A stretch of DNA of 64,000 bases, taken from an uncultured Verrucomicrobiae bacterium (GTDB lineage Bacteria > Verrucomicrobiota > Verrucomicrobiia > Chthoniobacterales > UBA10450). Positions 1 to 11,778 of the stretch are shown piece by piece. Position 1 is the first letter of the stretch. Each line of letters begins with the position of its first letter. Position numbers and translations under genes: made by a program. The DNA is taken from assembly GCA_963726745.1 (NCBI GenBank), contig CAVSDR010000003.1, positions 608,001-672,000 of the forward strand, read 5' to 3'. A model generated the notes under the pieces. The model worked only from the letters and a program-made list of their open reading frames with translations. It searched no databases and had not been told where the DNA came from.

Positions 1-383
1 CCGTTCATCACCAGGACGGAGAAGAAAGCAGTGAAGGCCGAGAAGAGCACCGTGAGCTCAAACATGATCGGGAAAAACGCCGGGACCGTGCGCCAGTCGA
101 ACGGCTTTCCGTGCACGATCAACGGGTAGATAAAGGTCGAAGGCCCAAAGGTGAGCACGCAAGCCGTGAGCAGACCGGTGATGCCGCCGACGAGGACGTT
201 GGCGCTCAGCCAGGATTTACCGATGCCCATGGCGTCGTCCATTCCGTGAATCGGGAATGGCGAGTAGACGTCCCAGCGCTTAAAACCGGCATCGCGCACG
301 CGTTCCGCCGCATGGTAAAGCGCGGCCGGCGTCGGGTATTCCGCCGCGATTCCGTAAACCTTGTTTCCGGATGGCGTCCTCAT
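1..383 (-). CDS. actD: Alternative complex III subunit ActD (DUF3341), runs off the window edge
   Basis: Manual translation from ATG at 383: [53 protein letters not shown]...PAFFPIMFELTVLFSAF. The YSPFPIHG and FELTVLF motifs are typical of DUF3341. TGATG overlap with the actC stop. Confidence 0.9.
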   Translation of the reverse strand, partial: MRTPSGNKVYGIAAEYPTPAALYHAAERVRDAGFKRWDVYSPFPIHGMDDAMGIGKSWLSANVLVGGITGLLTACVLTFGPSTFIYPLIVHGKPFDWRTVPAFFPIMFELTVLFSAFTAFFSVLVMN

Positions 384-1843
384 CAATTGCGCTCCATTCC
401 GCCGGCCTGGACCGGGTGATGCCCCTCGGGCGTGTGATGATGCGGATCCGCTTCAGGCAGGACGATCTTCACCTCCGACATCGCGATCATCGGGAGATAG
501 CGAATAAAGAGGAGGAAGAGCGACATGAAGATGCCGAAGGTGCCGATGAAGGTCCAGATGTCGACCCAGGTGGGATAGAACATCCCCCAGCTCGACGGCA
601 GGAAGTCGCGATGGAGACCGCCCACGATGATGATGAAGCGCTCGAACCACATGCCGGCGTTCACGCACATGCAGACGAAGTAGACCACGTAGATGTTGAA
701 GCGGAAGCGCTTGAACCAAAAGAGCTGCGGCGCCAGGAAATTGCAGAAGAGCATGCCGACCCACCAGTACCACCAGTAAGGACCGAGGATGCGGTTATAG
801 AAGGCGTATTTCTCGTATTGGTTGCCGCTATACCAGGCGACGAAGAACTCCATCGCGTAGGCGTAGGAAACGATCGAGCCGGTGAGCAGGATGATCTTGG
901 CCATCTTGTCCACGTGCTGCGGCGTAATCACGTCATGCAGCTTGTAGATCGCGCGCGCGGGGACCAAAAGAGTCAGCACCATGGCGAACCCACCGAAGAT
1001 GGCGCCGGCGACAAAGTAGGGCGGGAAGATGGTGGTGTGCCAGGTCGGGATAACCGACGTAGCGAAGTCAAAAGAGACGACACTATGCACCGACAGAACC
1101 AGTGGCGTCGAAAGGCCGGCTAACAAGAGGTAAGCCATCTCGTAATGCCGCCAGTTGCGGTTGGAGCCGCGCCAGCCGAGCGCGAAGATGCCGTAGAGTA
1201 GCTTCTTGATCTTGGAGCTCGCGCGATCGCGCAACGTGCCCAGATCAGGAATGAGCCCGGTATACCAAAAGAGCACCGAAACCGAGAAGTAGGTCGAGAC
1301 CGCAAAGACGTCCCAGAGCAGCGGCGAGCGGAAGTTTGGCCAGATGCCGTAGTTGTTCGGCAACGGTGCGAGGAACCAGGCCATCCAAACGCGGCCAACG
1401 TGCACCCCCGGGAAAATCGCGGCGCAAATCACCGCAAAAAGCGTCATCGCTTCCGCGGCGCGGTTGATCGAGGTGCGCCATTTTTGCCGGAGCAGGAAAA
1501 GAATCGCCGAGATCAGGGTGCCGGCGTGACCGATGCCGATCCAGAAAACGAAGTTGGTAATGTCCCAAGCCCAGCCGACCGGATGATTCAGGCCCCACGT
1601 ACCGACGCCCGTAGAGATCTGGTAGGCTAAACAAAAGAGACCGATGCCCGCGACCATCGCGGAAACCGCAAAAGCGACCCACCACCAGCGCGGCGCTGGC
1701 TCCTCGATCACGCCGGAAATGCGATTCGTGATCCAGGTGAAGTTGCGCTTGTTCAGCACCAACGGCACCCGCGCGAGCGGACGCTCCACCGAAGAGGAGG
1801 CCTCGCCCTCGATCACATCAGGGACTGTGCTCGCGCCGTTCAA
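383..1843 (-). CDS. actC: Alternative complex III subunit ActC (NrfD/PsrC-family membrane quinol-binding subunit)
   Basis: [37 protein letters not shown] and [15 protein letters not shown] motifs; multiple TM helices; lies between actB and actD. Confidence 0.95.
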   Translation of the reverse strand: MNGASTVPDVIEGEASSSVERPLARVPLVLNKRNFTWITNRISGVIEEPAPRWWWVAFAVSAMVAGIGLFCLAYQISTGVGTWGLNHPVGWAWDITNFVFWIGIGHAGTLISAILFLLRQKWRTSINRAAEAMTLFAVICAAIFPGVHVGRVWMAWFLAPLPNNYGIWPNFRSPLLWDVFAVSTYFSVSVLFWYTGLIPDLGTLRDRASSKIKKLLYGIFALGWRGSNRNWRHYEMAYLLLAGLSTPLVLSVHSVVSFDFATSVIPTWHTTIFPPYFVAGAIFGGFAMVLTLLVPARAIYKLHDVITPQHVDKMAKIILLTGSIVSYAYAMEFFVAWYSGNQYEKYAFYNRILGPYWWYWWVGMLFCNFLAPQLFWFKRFRFNIYVVYFVCMCVNAGMWFERFIIIVGGLHRDFLPSSWGMFYPTWVDIWTFIGTFGIFMSLFLLFIRYLPMIAMSEVKIVLPEADPHHHTPEGHHPVQAGGMERN

Positions 1844-4800
1844 TGTCTCTCCTCCGGATTCCTGCTACCTTCCGCCGGCTGTGCCTGCGCACCGTGCGCT
1901 GCTCCTTCTCCGTGCGTCACCTCACTCGCGACCCCAATGCGATGAGCATCCGGCATTTTCATGTTCGGGTTCCGCAGCCGTGCGAGGTAACTCGTGCGCG
2001 GTATGACATTCAAATACGAGAGCAGACGGTAATTTCGATCCTGCGACTTCATCTTCGAAACCCGGCTTTCCGGATCGGCAATGTCGCCAAAGACAATCGC
2101 CTCCGTCGGGCAAGCCTGGGCGCAGGCGCTGGTAAAGGAATCGCGCGGAATGAGCGTCTTGTCGGAAGCGCCCGCGTGCACGTGCGCCGCGATTTTCGCT
2201 TCCTCGATCCGCTGCACGCAATAGGTGCACTTCTCCATCACGCCGCGCATGCGCACGGTCACGTTCGGGTTTTTCTGCAGCTTGGAAATATCCGGCGCGC
2301 CCTTCTTGGTCAACGGCCCGAGGTATTCCTCGTAGACGTTGAACAAGCCGGCGACCTTCTTCTTGCCTACAGGACGCTGGTTGTAGTCGAAGAAATTGAA
2401 GCGCCGCACCTTGAACGGGCAGTTGTTCGCGCAATAGCGGGTGCCGATGCAGCGGTTGTAGGCCATCACGTTCAGGCCGTCTTCGCTGTGCACCGTCGCG
2501 TTCACCGGGCAGACGGTTTCGCACGGCGCATTCTCGCAGTGCTGGCACATCATCGGTTCGTGCACCATCTCCGGATCTTCCGGAATCTCGCCGCGATCCT
2601 GGTTGAACTTCTTCGCGTCGGCAAAATAACGGTCGATGCGAATCCAGTGCATCGCGCGGCCGTGGCTCACCTGGAGCTTGCCCACGATCGGGATGTTATT
2701 TTCCGCCTGGCAGGCAATCACGCACGCGCTGCAACCGGTGCAGACATTCAGGTCCACGCTCATCCCCCACTGCTGCGGCGCAGTCAGCTTCGGATGGCTA
2801 TAAAGTGTCGGCAATTTCGGCGGCAACTCTTCGTCGCCCGCGATTTTTTCGACAAACTCATTGTCCGCGCGATAGCCCTCGAGCGTCGCTTCGCGGACGA
2901 GCCCACGGCCTTCGATGCTCCAATGCTCCTGCGTAATCGCAAAGGCATAGCTCCCGGGAACCTTCTTCACCTGCACCTTCGAGATCGTCTTGCCGTCGAC
3001 CGTGATGAAGTGCGGGTTGCTGCTCGTGCGCAGGAGGTAGCCATTGAATCCGGAGCTGTCGCCCGCTGGCGGATGCAGCATCCCCTTTTCACCGGAGTAC
3101 GGGAGCGGGCCTTCGTTGTTCAAGCTCCGCCCGTAGCCGAGCGGAATCGTGATCGAGTTGTCTGCGTGCCCGGGCGAAATCAGCGCCGCGATGACGAGCT
3201 GGCGTTGCACCGGCTTGCCTGCGCTGGTGCCGGCCTCGGTGACCGTGACTTCGATCAAGTCGCCGGTGTTCACGCCAAGGTGCCTTGCGTAGGCCGGGCT
3301 AATCAAGGCCGCGTTATCCCATGTGAGCTTCGTCACCGGGTCGGGCATTTCCTGCAGCCAGCCATTATGAATGTAGCGGCCGTCGTCGACCGAGTAATCG
3401 CGCACGAGCACGATCTCCGGTGAATCGGCCGTCGGTGCCGGCGCGGAAGACCAAAGCGTGTGCGCCACGCCGCCGGCGGCGTTGCCGTTAAAAGTCGGCG
3501 CCTTGTCCGTCGGCTGCACATGCGCGGCGAAACCGTCGCGCAAAAGTTTCGACCAGGCCGCGGCCGCGTCACCCGGAGGGTTGCTCGCGCGGAAGGTTTC
3601 CTGGACGAGCTCCGGCCCTTCCACGAACGGGCGGCCCAGCAGCAGATTCAGCAGCTGAATTTCCGACAGCCCGTCGAAAAGCGGCAGAATCATCGGCTGC
3701 ACCGCGAGGTAGCTGCCCTCGGCCGTGAGCGCGTCGCCCCACGACTCGAGATAATGCGCGCCCGGCACGTGCCACTTCGCGAGTTGCGAAGTGCTGTCTT
3801 CAAAATAACCGACACGCACCACTTCAGGAACGCGCTTCTGCAGGTCGGCCCAATCGAGCAGTTCCTTCGTTTCCTTATCTTCCGCGAGACCGCGGGGCGC
3901 GTTGTAGACCGGGTCGCCGCCAATAATAAACAGCTGCTTGATCCGGCCCGCGTTGATGTCCGCGGCCAGCTGCAGAATACTGCTCGTGCGCGGATTCCGC
4001 GGAAAATTCCGCACCAACACCGTGGTCCCGATGTTCCGGAGCGCAGCGTTGATCGCATACGCCATCAACTGCACCACCACCGGCTGGTGCGAACCGGCGA
4101 GGACGATGCCCGCGCCGGCTTTCGACATCAGGTCGTTGGCGCATTCGTTCAGCCAGGCTTCATCAAACGGGGTCGCACCGGCCGGCGCCGTGAGCGTCGC
4201 CATGACCGAGCCGAGCCCGGTATCCTTGGTCGTGCCGGCGATCTTCATCGCGAGCGCGTGAGTGAACGCCGGGATCTGGCTGGCGGGCAAACGCAACCGG
4301 TGATCGGCCATCGCGCCCGTGAGCGTGAAACGATTTTCCACCACGTAGAGGCGGTTCATCGAATCCTTCGCCGTGGTCACCCGGCGACGATTCGCAAACG
4401 CCCGCGAGGAAGCGACATCGCCTTCGCCGCAATCCAGGAAGTCGCTGTCTAAAGCCAGGATCACATCCGCGCGTTCGAAGCGCGGGACCAGGCGCGTGTT
4501 GTCGCCAAAACTGATTTGCGTGCCGAAGTTTTGCGCTTCGCTCAAGGCCGGCTCGTATTGGGCCCAGCGCATTTTCGGGAACAGCTTCTCGAGCTCGCCG
4601 CGGAGGCGTTCGCGCGTCGGCGATAGCGTCTCCTCCGTGAGCACCGCAAACCCAGCGCCGCCATCCGCACTCATCTGCGTGCGCAGTTCCGCGAGATATT
4701 TCTCGAAGGCCGCGCGGTCGCGCACCTTCGTCACCGTGCGCGTCTTCGCGGGCACCCCGTGCTCGCCCTTATACTTCGGGCCTTCGTGCTCCTGCACCTT

Positions 4801-5274
4801 CTCGGTGTAACGATTCGCGCGCGCCGGATCGTAAAGATCGAGAATGGAAGCCTGCGCGAAGCTATCGGTCGCGCCGCCGCTCGCCGGATGGAGCGGGTTG
4901 CCCTCGATCTTGATCGGGCGGCCGTCGACGGTTTGCACCACCAGCGGCAAGGCGCCGGTGCGGCGCGGCATCGCAGTCGCGTAATAGAGCGGCTTACCCG
5001 GGATGGTCCACTCGACGCTCTTCGAGAACGGAAGCAAATGCGCCGCCGGACGGCGGCAGCTCGTGAGCCCAAAACCAGCCAGCGCCATGGAAGCGCCCAT
5101 GAGCTTGAGAAAACCGCGACGCGACCACTCGTCTCCTTCGAGTTGCGCGGCGCCCGCAGGGAATTCGCGGTCGAGCCAGTCGCGGAACTCCGGCGTGTCG
5201 CTCAGTTCGCCCACGCTCCGCCAGTAACGGCGGCCCGTTTGCGCTTCCGGGGGATGTTCGAGGATGCGTTTCAT
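1840..5274 (-). CDS. actB: Alternative complex III subunit ActB (Tat-exported molybdopterin-oxidoreductase-like domain fused to an Fe-S domain)
   Basis: Tat motif SRRGFLK; C-terminal [32 protein letters not shown] and EKCTYC motifs; ATG at 5274 overlaps the actA stop (ATGA). Confidence 0.95.
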   Translation of the reverse strand: MKRILEHPPEAQTGRRYWRSVGELSDTPEFRDWLDREFPAGAAQLEGDEWSRRGFLKLMGASMALAGFGLTSCRRPAAHLLPFSKSVEWTIPGKPLYYATAMPRRTGALPLVVQTVDGRPIKIEGNPLHPASGGATDSFAQASILDLYDPARANRYTEKVQEHEGPKYKGEHGVPAKTRTVTKVRDRAAFEKYLAELRTQMSADGGAGFAVLTEETLSPTRERLRGELEKLFPKMRWAQYEPALSEAQNFGTQISFGDNTRLVPRFERADVILALDSDFLDCGEGDVASSRAFANRRRVTTAKDSMNRLYVVENRFTLTGAMADHRLRLPASQIPAFTHALAMKIAGTTKDTGLGSVMATLTAPAGATPFDEAWLNECANDLMSKAGAGIVLAGSHQPVVVQLMAYAINAALRNIGTTVLVRNFPRNPRTSSILQLAADINAGRIKQLFIIGGDPVYNAPRGLAEDKETKELLDWADLQKRVPEVVRVGYFEDSTSQLAKWHVPGAHYLESWGDALTAEGSYLAVQPMILPLFDGLSEIQLLNLLLGRPFVEGPELVQETFRASNPPGDAAAAWSKLLRDGFAAHVQPTDKAPTFNGNAAGGVAHTLWSSAPAPTADSPEIVLVRDYSVDDGRYIHNGWLQEMPDPVTKLTWDNAALISPAYARHLGVNTGDLIEVTVTEAGTSAGKPVQRQLVIAALISPGHADNSITIPLGYGRSLNNEGPLPYSGEKGMLHPPAGDSSGFNGYLLRTSSNPHFITVDGKTISKVQVKKVPGSYAFAITQEHWSIEGRGLVREATLEGYRADNEFVEKIAGDEELPPKLPTLYSHPKLTAPQQWGMSVDLNVCTGCSACVIACQAENNIPIVGKLQVSHGRAMHWIRIDRYFADAKKFNQDRGEIPEDPEMVHEPMMCQHCENAPCETVCPVNATVHSEDGLNVMAYNRCIGTRYCANNCPFKVRRFNFFDYNQRPVGKKKVAGLFNVYEEYLGPLTKKGAPDISKLQKNPNVTVRMRGVMEKCTYCVQRIEEAKIAAHVHAGASDKTLIPRDSFTSACAQACPTEAIVFGDIADPESRVSKMKSQDRNYRLLSYLNVIPRTSYLARLRNPNMKMPDAHRIGVASEVTHGEGAAHGAQAQPAEGSRNPEERH

Positions 5275-5996
5275 CGATGACAACCCTGGCAGCCGAGCGG
5301 CGGGTTAATGTTCCACTTTTCTTTCAAGGTTTGGCCGATCTCCCGCTGGGTAAGTTTGTCCTTCTTCGCGAAATCTTCCTCCGCGCCTTTTGGCTGGCCG
5401 TATTTCGCGACGAACTCCGCGGGCTTCACGTCTTCCGGCTTCCAATCGAGATTGAAGATCTGATCCTCCGGGCGCAGGAAATTCTCCGGCGCGCGGTGGC
5501 ACTCGAGACACCAGGCCATGCTGTGGGGCTTCGCGTGGTAGACCTCGGCCATGTGGTTGATTGGGCCGTGGCAGCTGGCGCAACTGATCCCGCGATTCAC
5601 ATGCGCCGCATGATTGTAATAGACGTAGTCCGGCGTGCGATGGATCTGCACCCACTTGATCGGTTCGCCGCTCTTCCAGCTCGCGCGCACTGGCTCGAGC
5701 TTTGGGTTTTCCTTCTGCACCTGCGTGTGGCAGGCCATGCAGGTCTGGGTGTTTGGGAGATTCGAGTGCGCCGCCACGTCGACGAAGCTATGGCAATACC
5801 GGCAATCCATCCCGAGCTGGGTCACGTGGAGATCGTGCGGGAACGGGACCGGCTGGATCGGTTCGTAGCCCACGCGGGTATATTTCGGCGTGACATAATA
5901 CCAGGTGGCCGCGGTGAGGCCGGTCACGACCGTGGCGCCACAGACGAGAATCTTTAGCGGGAGCCAGTTCGACCAACGTGGAAAAAAGTTCGCCAT
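5271..5996 (-). CDS. actA: Alternative complex III pentaheme cytochrome c ActA
   Basis: Five CxxCH motifs (CRYCH, CMACH, CASCH, CLECH, CQGCH), N-terminal TM helix, first gene of the operon. Confidence 0.95.
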   Translation of the reverse strand: MANFFPRWSNWLPLKILVCGATVVTGLTAATWYYVTPKYTRVGYEPIQPVPFPHDLHVTQLGMDCRYCHSFVDVAAHSNLPNTQTCMACHTQVQKENPKLEPVRASWKSGEPIKWVQIHRTPDYVYYNHAAHVNRGISCASCHGPINHMAEVYHAKPHSMAWCLECHRAPENFLRPEDQIFNLDWKPEDVKPAEFVAKYGQPKGAEEDFAKKDKLTQREIGQTLKEKWNINPPLGCQGCHR

Positions 5997-6300
5997 ACGG
6001 AGACTACAGGCGAACCGCCGATTTCTCTTCGCACAGCCGCTTCCTTAAAAACGCGGCCGGGGACGATTTAGGATGTGCTGTGGCGCTCCGGAAAATTGCT
6101 TGGAAAATGTCGTGCGCAGCCACAGTGGCGAGCACTCTATAAACCGAGGTGGCAATGGCAAAAGAAATTTCGCCGCGCCGGCAATTTCCTCGATTTTCGC
6201 CGCGGCGCGGGCCGCTTCCTCGCGTGCGCGGAGGCCGGAGGGGCGCCTCCCGCGGCCTCACCCTAACGAGTGAAGTTGCTGCCTAACGAGCGCGTCCGGG

Positions 6301-7902
6301 CTACTTTGGCAGGCCCAGGCGCGCGCGTTGCGCGACCACTTCGCTCGCCAGCAGCGGGAGATTCCCCGAGCGCGCGACCAGCGTTTGCCCCACGTCGGAG
6401 AGGAGCAGGTTGATCCATTCCCGCTCGTAGGCGCTCGCCTGGTCGAGCGAGCGCGCGGCCACGTAGCAATAGAACATCCGCTGCAGCGGATATTGCCCGG
6501 AGTAGATCGTCTCCGCGGTCGGCACCGTCGCCGGCTCACCCGAGTTCGCCGCTACCGGCACGCTCCGCACCGGATGAATCCGTGTGCGCAAGGAAGCGAA
6601 GCCTAACGAATCGGGATCCTCGGCGACCGCTTTCTCGACGCCGTGCGAGAAGACCACGTCGCTGTGCTTCATCTCTTCGCGGAACGGTCCGTCCTTGAGC
6701 ACGAGCTGCTGGAAAACGCGCGTCGTCCCGTAGCTCGGGTAGCCGCCCACGAGCTTGATCTCGCCGCCGCGTCCGCCTACTTCGCTCCACTGGCGAATCG
6801 CCGCCGGCGCACCGGCGCGCCGCTCCATCCCGAAGATGGCGTCGAGCTGCGGGATGGTGAGGAACGGCACCGGATTTGCCGCCGGGACGAGAATCTCGAG
6901 CGCGTCGCGCGCGATGCTCACCTCCAGGAGGGAATGCCCGCGCTGGCGGAAGAATTCCTCCTTCTGCGCCGAGCTCATCGCCAGGCTCATCAAGCCGAGC
7001 TGCGCCTGGCCCTTGATCAATTCCTCCGCTGCTCCCGGGCTGCTGGTAAAGCTCGGTTTGAGCTCGGCCCCGGCCACGCGCAGCGCGATCAGGCGCACGG
7101 CGTTGCGCGTGATGTAGCTCACGGTGTTCGCGGTCGCGATCGCCGGCGGCACCAGCCGGCCACTCGTTAGGGGACGATAGACCGGATAACCCGGCTGCCG
7201 GAGCACGGCCGCGCCGGTTTGGTTTACCTGGGCCAAGGGCGGGAGCGAGTGCACCTGGCCCACGTGGGCATTTGCATCGCCGGCCACCTCCCGCCCGCCG
7301 CCTTGCGCAAAGGACCAGTGCCCCGGACTGAGCAAAACGCCCAGCCGTTCAGCCAGCGCTTTCTCGGTTTGCACTTCCGCAGTCACCGCGCTCAGCACCG
7401 GATACAACCCGCCGCCTAAAAGCCGCAGATCCCCGCTCAAACGCCGCACCACGATGATGGTCGCGTCCGGGTAACGGCTCAGCGGAACCACGAAAGTATC
7501 GGTGCCGACTGCGCGGGCGTTGTGCGCCGTCTCGCCGAAGAGGTCTAGCGCGAGCGCGCGGCCGGTGGCATCGAGCAGTTGCACCGCGATGTCGGTGTCT
7601 TTTTGCCAATCAGTCCGCAGCACGAGCGCGAGATCGCCTTCGATTTGCGCGCGCTCGAGCTCGAAACGCAGGGCGCCTTCGCCGAAGGGCTGGCTCGCGG
7701 CCACATGCCACCAGCCATTTTGGATTTCTCCGCCGCTCCGGTGGAGCGCGCGCAGGTAAGCCGGGTCGCCTGCGGTGGTGGTCTTGATTCCCTCCGCGCC
7801 CTCGGCCGAGAACTCAAACTCGACCGTCGCCGGGACCGGCATTTCCGCCGGCGCGAGCAAGGCGCCGAAGACAACCAGCAAGATGGCAAGCCGGAGTTTC
7901 AC
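6301..7902 (-). CDS. PstS-family periplasmic phosphate-binding-like protein with a long N-terminal extra domain
   Basis: C-terminal half has PstS-like segments (IARDALEILV..NPV..LTIPQLDAIF, GTTRVF, IYSGQYPLQR.FY.YV). Probable GTG start at 7902 followed by a signal-like peptide. Confidence 0.7.
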   Translation of the reverse strand: MKLRLAILLVVFGALLAPAEMPVPATVEFEFSAEGAEGIKTTTAGDPAYLRALHRSGGEIQNGWWHVAASQPFGEGALRFELERAQIEGDLALVLRTDWQKDTDIAVQLLDATGRALALDLFGETAHNARAVGTDTFVVPLSRYPDATIIVVRRLSGDLRLLGGGLYPVLSAVTAEVQTEKALAERLGVLLSPGHWSFAQGGGREVAGDANAHVGQVHSLPPLAQVNQTGAAVLRQPGYPVYRPLTSGRLVPPAIATANTVSYITRNAVRLIALRVAGAELKPSFTSSPGAAEELIKGQAQLGLMSLAMSSAQKEEFFRQRGHSLLEVSIARDALEILVPAANPVPFLTIPQLDAIFGMERRAGAPAAIRQWSEVGGRGGEIKLVGGYPSYGTTRVFQQLVLKDGPFREEMKHSDVVFSHGVEKAVAEDPDSLGFASLRTRIHPVRSVPVAANSGEPATVPTAETIYSGQYPLQRMFYCYVAARSLDQASAYEREWINLLLSDVGQTLVARSGNLPLLASEVVAQRARLGLPK

Positions 7903-8044
7903 CTTGGAGCGCAGCCTAACGAGAGACGCCGGTGCGCGACAACCGCAAACTCTGGCCGGCCGCGGGATTATTTCCTCGAAAAAGAAAACACGCAATCCGC
8001 GTGCCTCGCGCGATTTCGTGGTGAAACAATAAAGGAGCGACGCG

Positions 8045-8233
8045 ATGGCAGAGAAAGAACACCAGCGGGAACTGATCGATACCGGCACGGACAAGCGTTA
8101 CGTCCGGCGCGACGACGAAGGGAAGTTCAAGGAAAGCGACGACCAAGGACGCTCCCTGAGCCAGGATGTGCGGCAACACGCCAAGACCGAGGTCAAGCCC
8201 GGCCAGGGCGACCGCGGCGATCAGAAGCGCTAG
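8045..8233 (+). CDS. Small hydrophilic hypothetical protein (62 aa)
   Basis: AAGGAG RBS upstream, host-like codon usage, sequence RELIDTGTDKRYVRRDDEGKFKESDDQGRSLSQD. Confidence 0.8.
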   Translation: MAEKEHQRELIDTGTDKRYVRRDDEGKFKESDDQGRSLSQDVRQHAKTEVKPGQGDRGDQKR

Positions 8234-8275
8234 CGGCCTGCATCCTCCGCGCTCGCGGAAACGAAACGCGCCTTC

Positions 8276-8644
8276 GTGAATATTTTACTGCTCGAAGATC
8301 ACGGTGATAGCCGCACCGTGCTGGCACATTTGTTGACCCATTGCGGCTACCAAGTGGAAGTGGCCTCGGATATTTGCGCCGCCCGCAGCTCGCTGACTAA
8401 TCACCGTTTCGATGTGCTGCTGGCCGATATCGGCTTGCCAGATGGCGAGAGTTATAGCCTGGTCGCGCTGGCCAAGGAGTCTTCCCCGGCGATTCGCACG
8501 ATTGCGCTGACTGGTCGCGATACCGCGGCCGACTTGGAAAAAGGCCGCGTGGCGGGGTTCGATCACTTCCTCACCAAGCCGGTCGATTTCCACCAGCTGC
8601 GTTCCATTCTCGCGGAGCAGCAGGACAGCGTCGCCGCGCCGTAA
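8276..8644 (+). CDS. Single-domain response regulator (receiver)
   Basis: ILLLEDH, DVLLADIGLPD (phospho-Asp), IALTG and FLTKPVD motifs. Confidence 0.9.
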   Translation: MNILLLEDHGDSRTVLAHLLTHCGYQVEVASDICAARSSLTNHRFDVLLADIGLPDGESYSLVALAKESSPAIRTIALTGRDTAADLEKGRVAGFDHFLTKPVDFHQLRSILAEQQDSVAAP

Positions 8645-8751
8645 CGAGCGCGGAAATCCGGGCTAGCAATCGCCAGATTGCGGTCTTCCCCTTTCGTCAA
8701 AAAAGGCGCTGAATCCACGCCGGGCACGCCGCGCTCGCGGAATCCCAGCGC

Positions 8752-9963
8752 TTAAGAGTAGAGATACTCGTCGTGATGCTCGCGCTGCGGGGCCGCGACA
8801 TGCGCTGCCTGCTCGCCGCCTGTTTCCGGATACTCGAAGATCTCGCCCTCGTAGTTACGGATGACGATTTTCTCCTGGTCGTGGTAGAGCACGTAGCCGG
8901 GATTGATCGGCACTTTGCCGCCGCCGCCGGGCGCATCGATCACGAACTGCGGGACGGCGTAACCAGTGGTGTGCCCGCGCAGGCCCTCGATGATCTCGAT
9001 GCCTTTCGCCACAGAGCTGCGCAAGTGCGCTGAGCCGGTGATGAGATCGCACTGGTAGATGTAATAGGGACGCACGCGACACATCAGGAGCTTGTGCACC
9101 AGCGTCTTCATCGTCTCCAAGTTGTCGTTTACCCCCGCGAGCAACACGCTCTGGTTTCCCAGCGGGATGCCATGGTTAGCCAGCAACTCGAGCGCCTGCT
9201 TGACCTCCAGGGTGAGCTCGCGCGGGTGGTTCACGTGCACGCTCATCCAGAGCGGATGGTATTTTTGCAGCATCCGGCAAAGCTCCGGCGTGATCCGCTG
9301 CGGGAGAAAAATCGGCACCCGCGTGCCGATGCGGATGAACTCAATGTGCGGGATCGCGCGCAGGCGGCGAAGGATGCCCTCGAGCTTGTTGTCGCTGAAG
9401 AGGAGCGCGTCCCCGCCGCTGAGGAGAACGTCGCGCACTTCCGTGTGCTCGCTCAAGTAGCGATAGATATCCTCGAACTCGGTGTGCAGTTCCTGTTCGC
9501 CCACCCCGCTGACCACGCGGCTCCGCGTGCAATAACGGCAATAGCTCGCGCAGCGATCGGTCACCAGGAAGAGCACGCGATCCGGATAACGATGCACCAA
9601 GCCCGGCACGGGCATGTGCGAATCCTCCCCGCACGGGTCGGCCATGTCGTAAGGCGAGGTCCAGCTTTCCTCCACCCGCGGGATGACCTGGCGGCGGATG
9701 GGGCAATCGGGATTATCCTTCTCGATCAGGTTGAAGAAATGCGGGGTCACCGCGAGCGCCAGCTTCGTCCCGGAGAGAAGCACGCCGTTTCGCTCATCGT
9801 CGGAGAGCTCCAGATGCTGCTCCAGTTGCGCGAGCGAAGTGACGCGATTTTTCAGCTGCCACTTCCAGTCATTCCACTGCTCCGCGGGGACCTCCGGCCA
9901 GTATCCCGGCGCGTGGGAAGTGAAGTTTTTTCCGTCGTTATTTACTGCGGCAAAGTTGCCCAT
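8752..9963 (-). CDS. kamA: KamA-family radical SAM enzyme (lysine 2,3-aminomutase-like)
   Basis: LVHRYPDRVLF, CASYCRYC, NQSVLLAGVND and FVIDAPGGGGKVP motifs. Confidence 0.92.
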   Translation of the reverse strand: MGNFAAVNNDGKNFTSHAPGYWPEVPAEQWNDWKWQLKNRVTSLAQLEQHLELSDDERNGVLLSGTKLALAVTPHFFNLIEKDNPDCPIRRQVIPRVEESWTSPYDMADPCGEDSHMPVPGLVHRYPDRVLFLVTDRCASYCRYCTRSRVVSGVGEQELHTEFEDIYRYLSEHTEVRDVLLSGGDALLFSDNKLEGILRRLRAIPHIEFIRIGTRVPIFLPQRITPELCRMLQKYHPLWMSVHVNHPRELTLEVKQALELLANHGIPLGNQSVLLAGVNDNLETMKTLVHKLLMCRVRPYYIYQCDLITGSAHLRSSVAKGIEIIEGLRGHTTGYAVPQFVIDAPGGGGKVPINPGYVLYHDQEKIVIRNYEGEIFEYPETGGEQAAHVAAPQREHHDEYLYS

Positions 9964-9982
9964 TTTTTGTTTAGTGGAAAAA

Positions 9983-10010
9983 AAGTTAAGGGCCTTAACT
10001 ATCGTGTCAA
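9983..10010 (-). promoter_or_regulatory. Putative sigma70 promoter of kamA overlapped by a palindromic operator
   Basis: Minus strand TTGACA (10010-10005)-N16-TAACTT (9988-9983). Perfect inverted repeat AGTTAAGG-g-CCTTAACT at 9984-10000. Confidence 0.6.
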
Positions 10011-10184
10011 CGCACGCACCTCATGGTGCGTTTCCGGTGCGAGCGCCGCGTCCGCCGGCCCGGTGGGGAGAAGGAAAAACATGCGCGCAGCAGGATTACG
10101 CGACCCCGCCCGCGCAGGATGCGCCCGGCCGCTATCAAAAAGCGTTTGAACGGCTACCTTGCCACCGTGTCGAATTTCAAACTG

Positions 10185-11655
10185 ATGCGCGTTTCTCTTC
10201 TCTCGGTCGTTTTTGCGCTTGGCCTGCAGGCCGCCCGGGCCCAGGTCGCACCGGAAGCGCCTGCACCCACGCCCACGGTGCCGCCAGAGGCGGCCGCACC
10301 CGGCAAGGACGTGGTCCATCAATTGAACAACGCCTTCGCGCGCGTCTTCGACCTGGTCGCGCCGAGCGTGGTCATCATCGAGGTGACCAAGAAGGAAGAC
10401 ACGAACGAGGGCGGCTCGCTCGAGGATCTTTTCTTCAACAACCAGCCGGATGAAGGCCCGCGCCGCAATCCTCACCGCGGCCAGCCATCACAAAGCGAAG
10501 GCTCCGGTTTCATCGTCCGGCCCGATGGCTTCATCTACACGAATTACCACGTGGTCGAAGGCGCGGATAAAATCGAGGTCAAGCTCAAGGACGGCCGCGA
10601 ATTTCCCGCGAAGCTCGTCGGGAGCGACGAGAAGACCGACGTCGCGGTGATCAAGATCGAGGCGAAAGATTTGTCCGCGGTCGAACTAGGCGATAGCGAC
10701 GCCGTGCGCGTGGGCCAGTTCGCTTTCGCCATCGGGGCGCCCTTCAAATTAGACTACACTTTCACCTACGGCGTGATCAGCGGGAAAGGGCGGAACAAAC
10801 TCATCGCCACCGGCGGTTACTCGATCGCCGATTACATCCAGACCGACGCCTCGATCAATCCCGGGCAACAGCGGCGGCCCACTCTGCGACATCGATGGCA
10901 AAGTCATCGGGATGAATACGCTCATCAACGGGCTCAACCGCGGCCTGGGCTTCGCCATCCCGAGCAACCTCGCGAACGAAATCGGCCAGCAGCTCATCTC
11001 CGGCCAAAAGATCATCCGCCCGTGGCTCGGCATTCGCATCGAAACTTTGGGCGACGACCCCTCGATCCGCGACCTCTTCAAGGGCGTCGACAAAGGCGTG
11101 GTGGTGCGCACGATCGAAGCCGACGCGCCCGCGTTCAAAAGCAACCTGCGGCCGTTCGACGTTATCACCGCCGTCGATGGCGCGCCGGTCGCGACAGACA
11201 CGCAGCTTCAGCGCGAGATCTTGAAAAAGAAGGTCGGGCAGAACGTCGACCTGATGGTCTGGCGCGAAGGCAAGACAATCAAAATCCCGGTGACCGCGGG
11301 GGAATTACCCGGCGAGATCGGCCGGGTCTCCAATGCCACCCCGCCGGGCCCGCGCACCCCGGAAGACATGGGCAAGTTTGGCCTGCAAGTGCAGGACTTG
11401 ACCAAGGAGGTGGCTGCGCGCCTCAAGCTCGATCTCCAGCAAGGCGTCATCGTCACCGATGTCTCCGATAACAGCATGGCCTCGGCCCAGGGAATCGAAC
11501 GCCAGGACGTCATCACCGAAGTCGACGGCAAGCCGGTCACGAACGTGCAGAGCTTCCGCGACGCCCTCGCCAAGGCCGACCCGCGGAAAGGCATCCTGCT
11601 TTACCTCGACCGCAAAGGCAGCAAGACCTTCGCGGTCCTCAAGGCCGGCGAATAG
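10185..11655 (+). CDS. DegP/HtrA (Do) serine protease with two PDZ domains; apparent 1-bp insertion near 10865
   Basis: GSGFIV, TNYHVV, DEKTDVAVIKI and IQTDASINPG, then NSGGPL continues in the next frame; signal peptide at the ATG 10185 start. Confidence 0.9.
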
Positions 11656-11717
11656 CCGGCCAGCGGCGCGCCGCGCCTAACGAGAACAAGGTTTCGGCGC
11701 CCGCCATCTCGCTGGCT

Positions 11718-11755
11718 AAAAAAAATCGCGGCGCCGGTCGAAACCAGCGCCGCGA
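11718..11755 (-). terminator. Rho-independent terminator for the small membrane-protein genes
   Basis: GC stem TCGCGGCGC...GCGCCGCGA followed on the minus strand by a T run, just downstream of the stop at 11779. Confidence 0.7.
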
Positions 11756-11778
11756 GGGATTTCAACGAGGCCAGCGGC

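Noticed and set aside
1843..4452. Long antisense ORFs (for example 1843-3423, 3460-4452, 51405-52940, 62077-63717)
   Set aside because: They are shadows of well-supported genes on the opposite strand and have no recognisable motifs.
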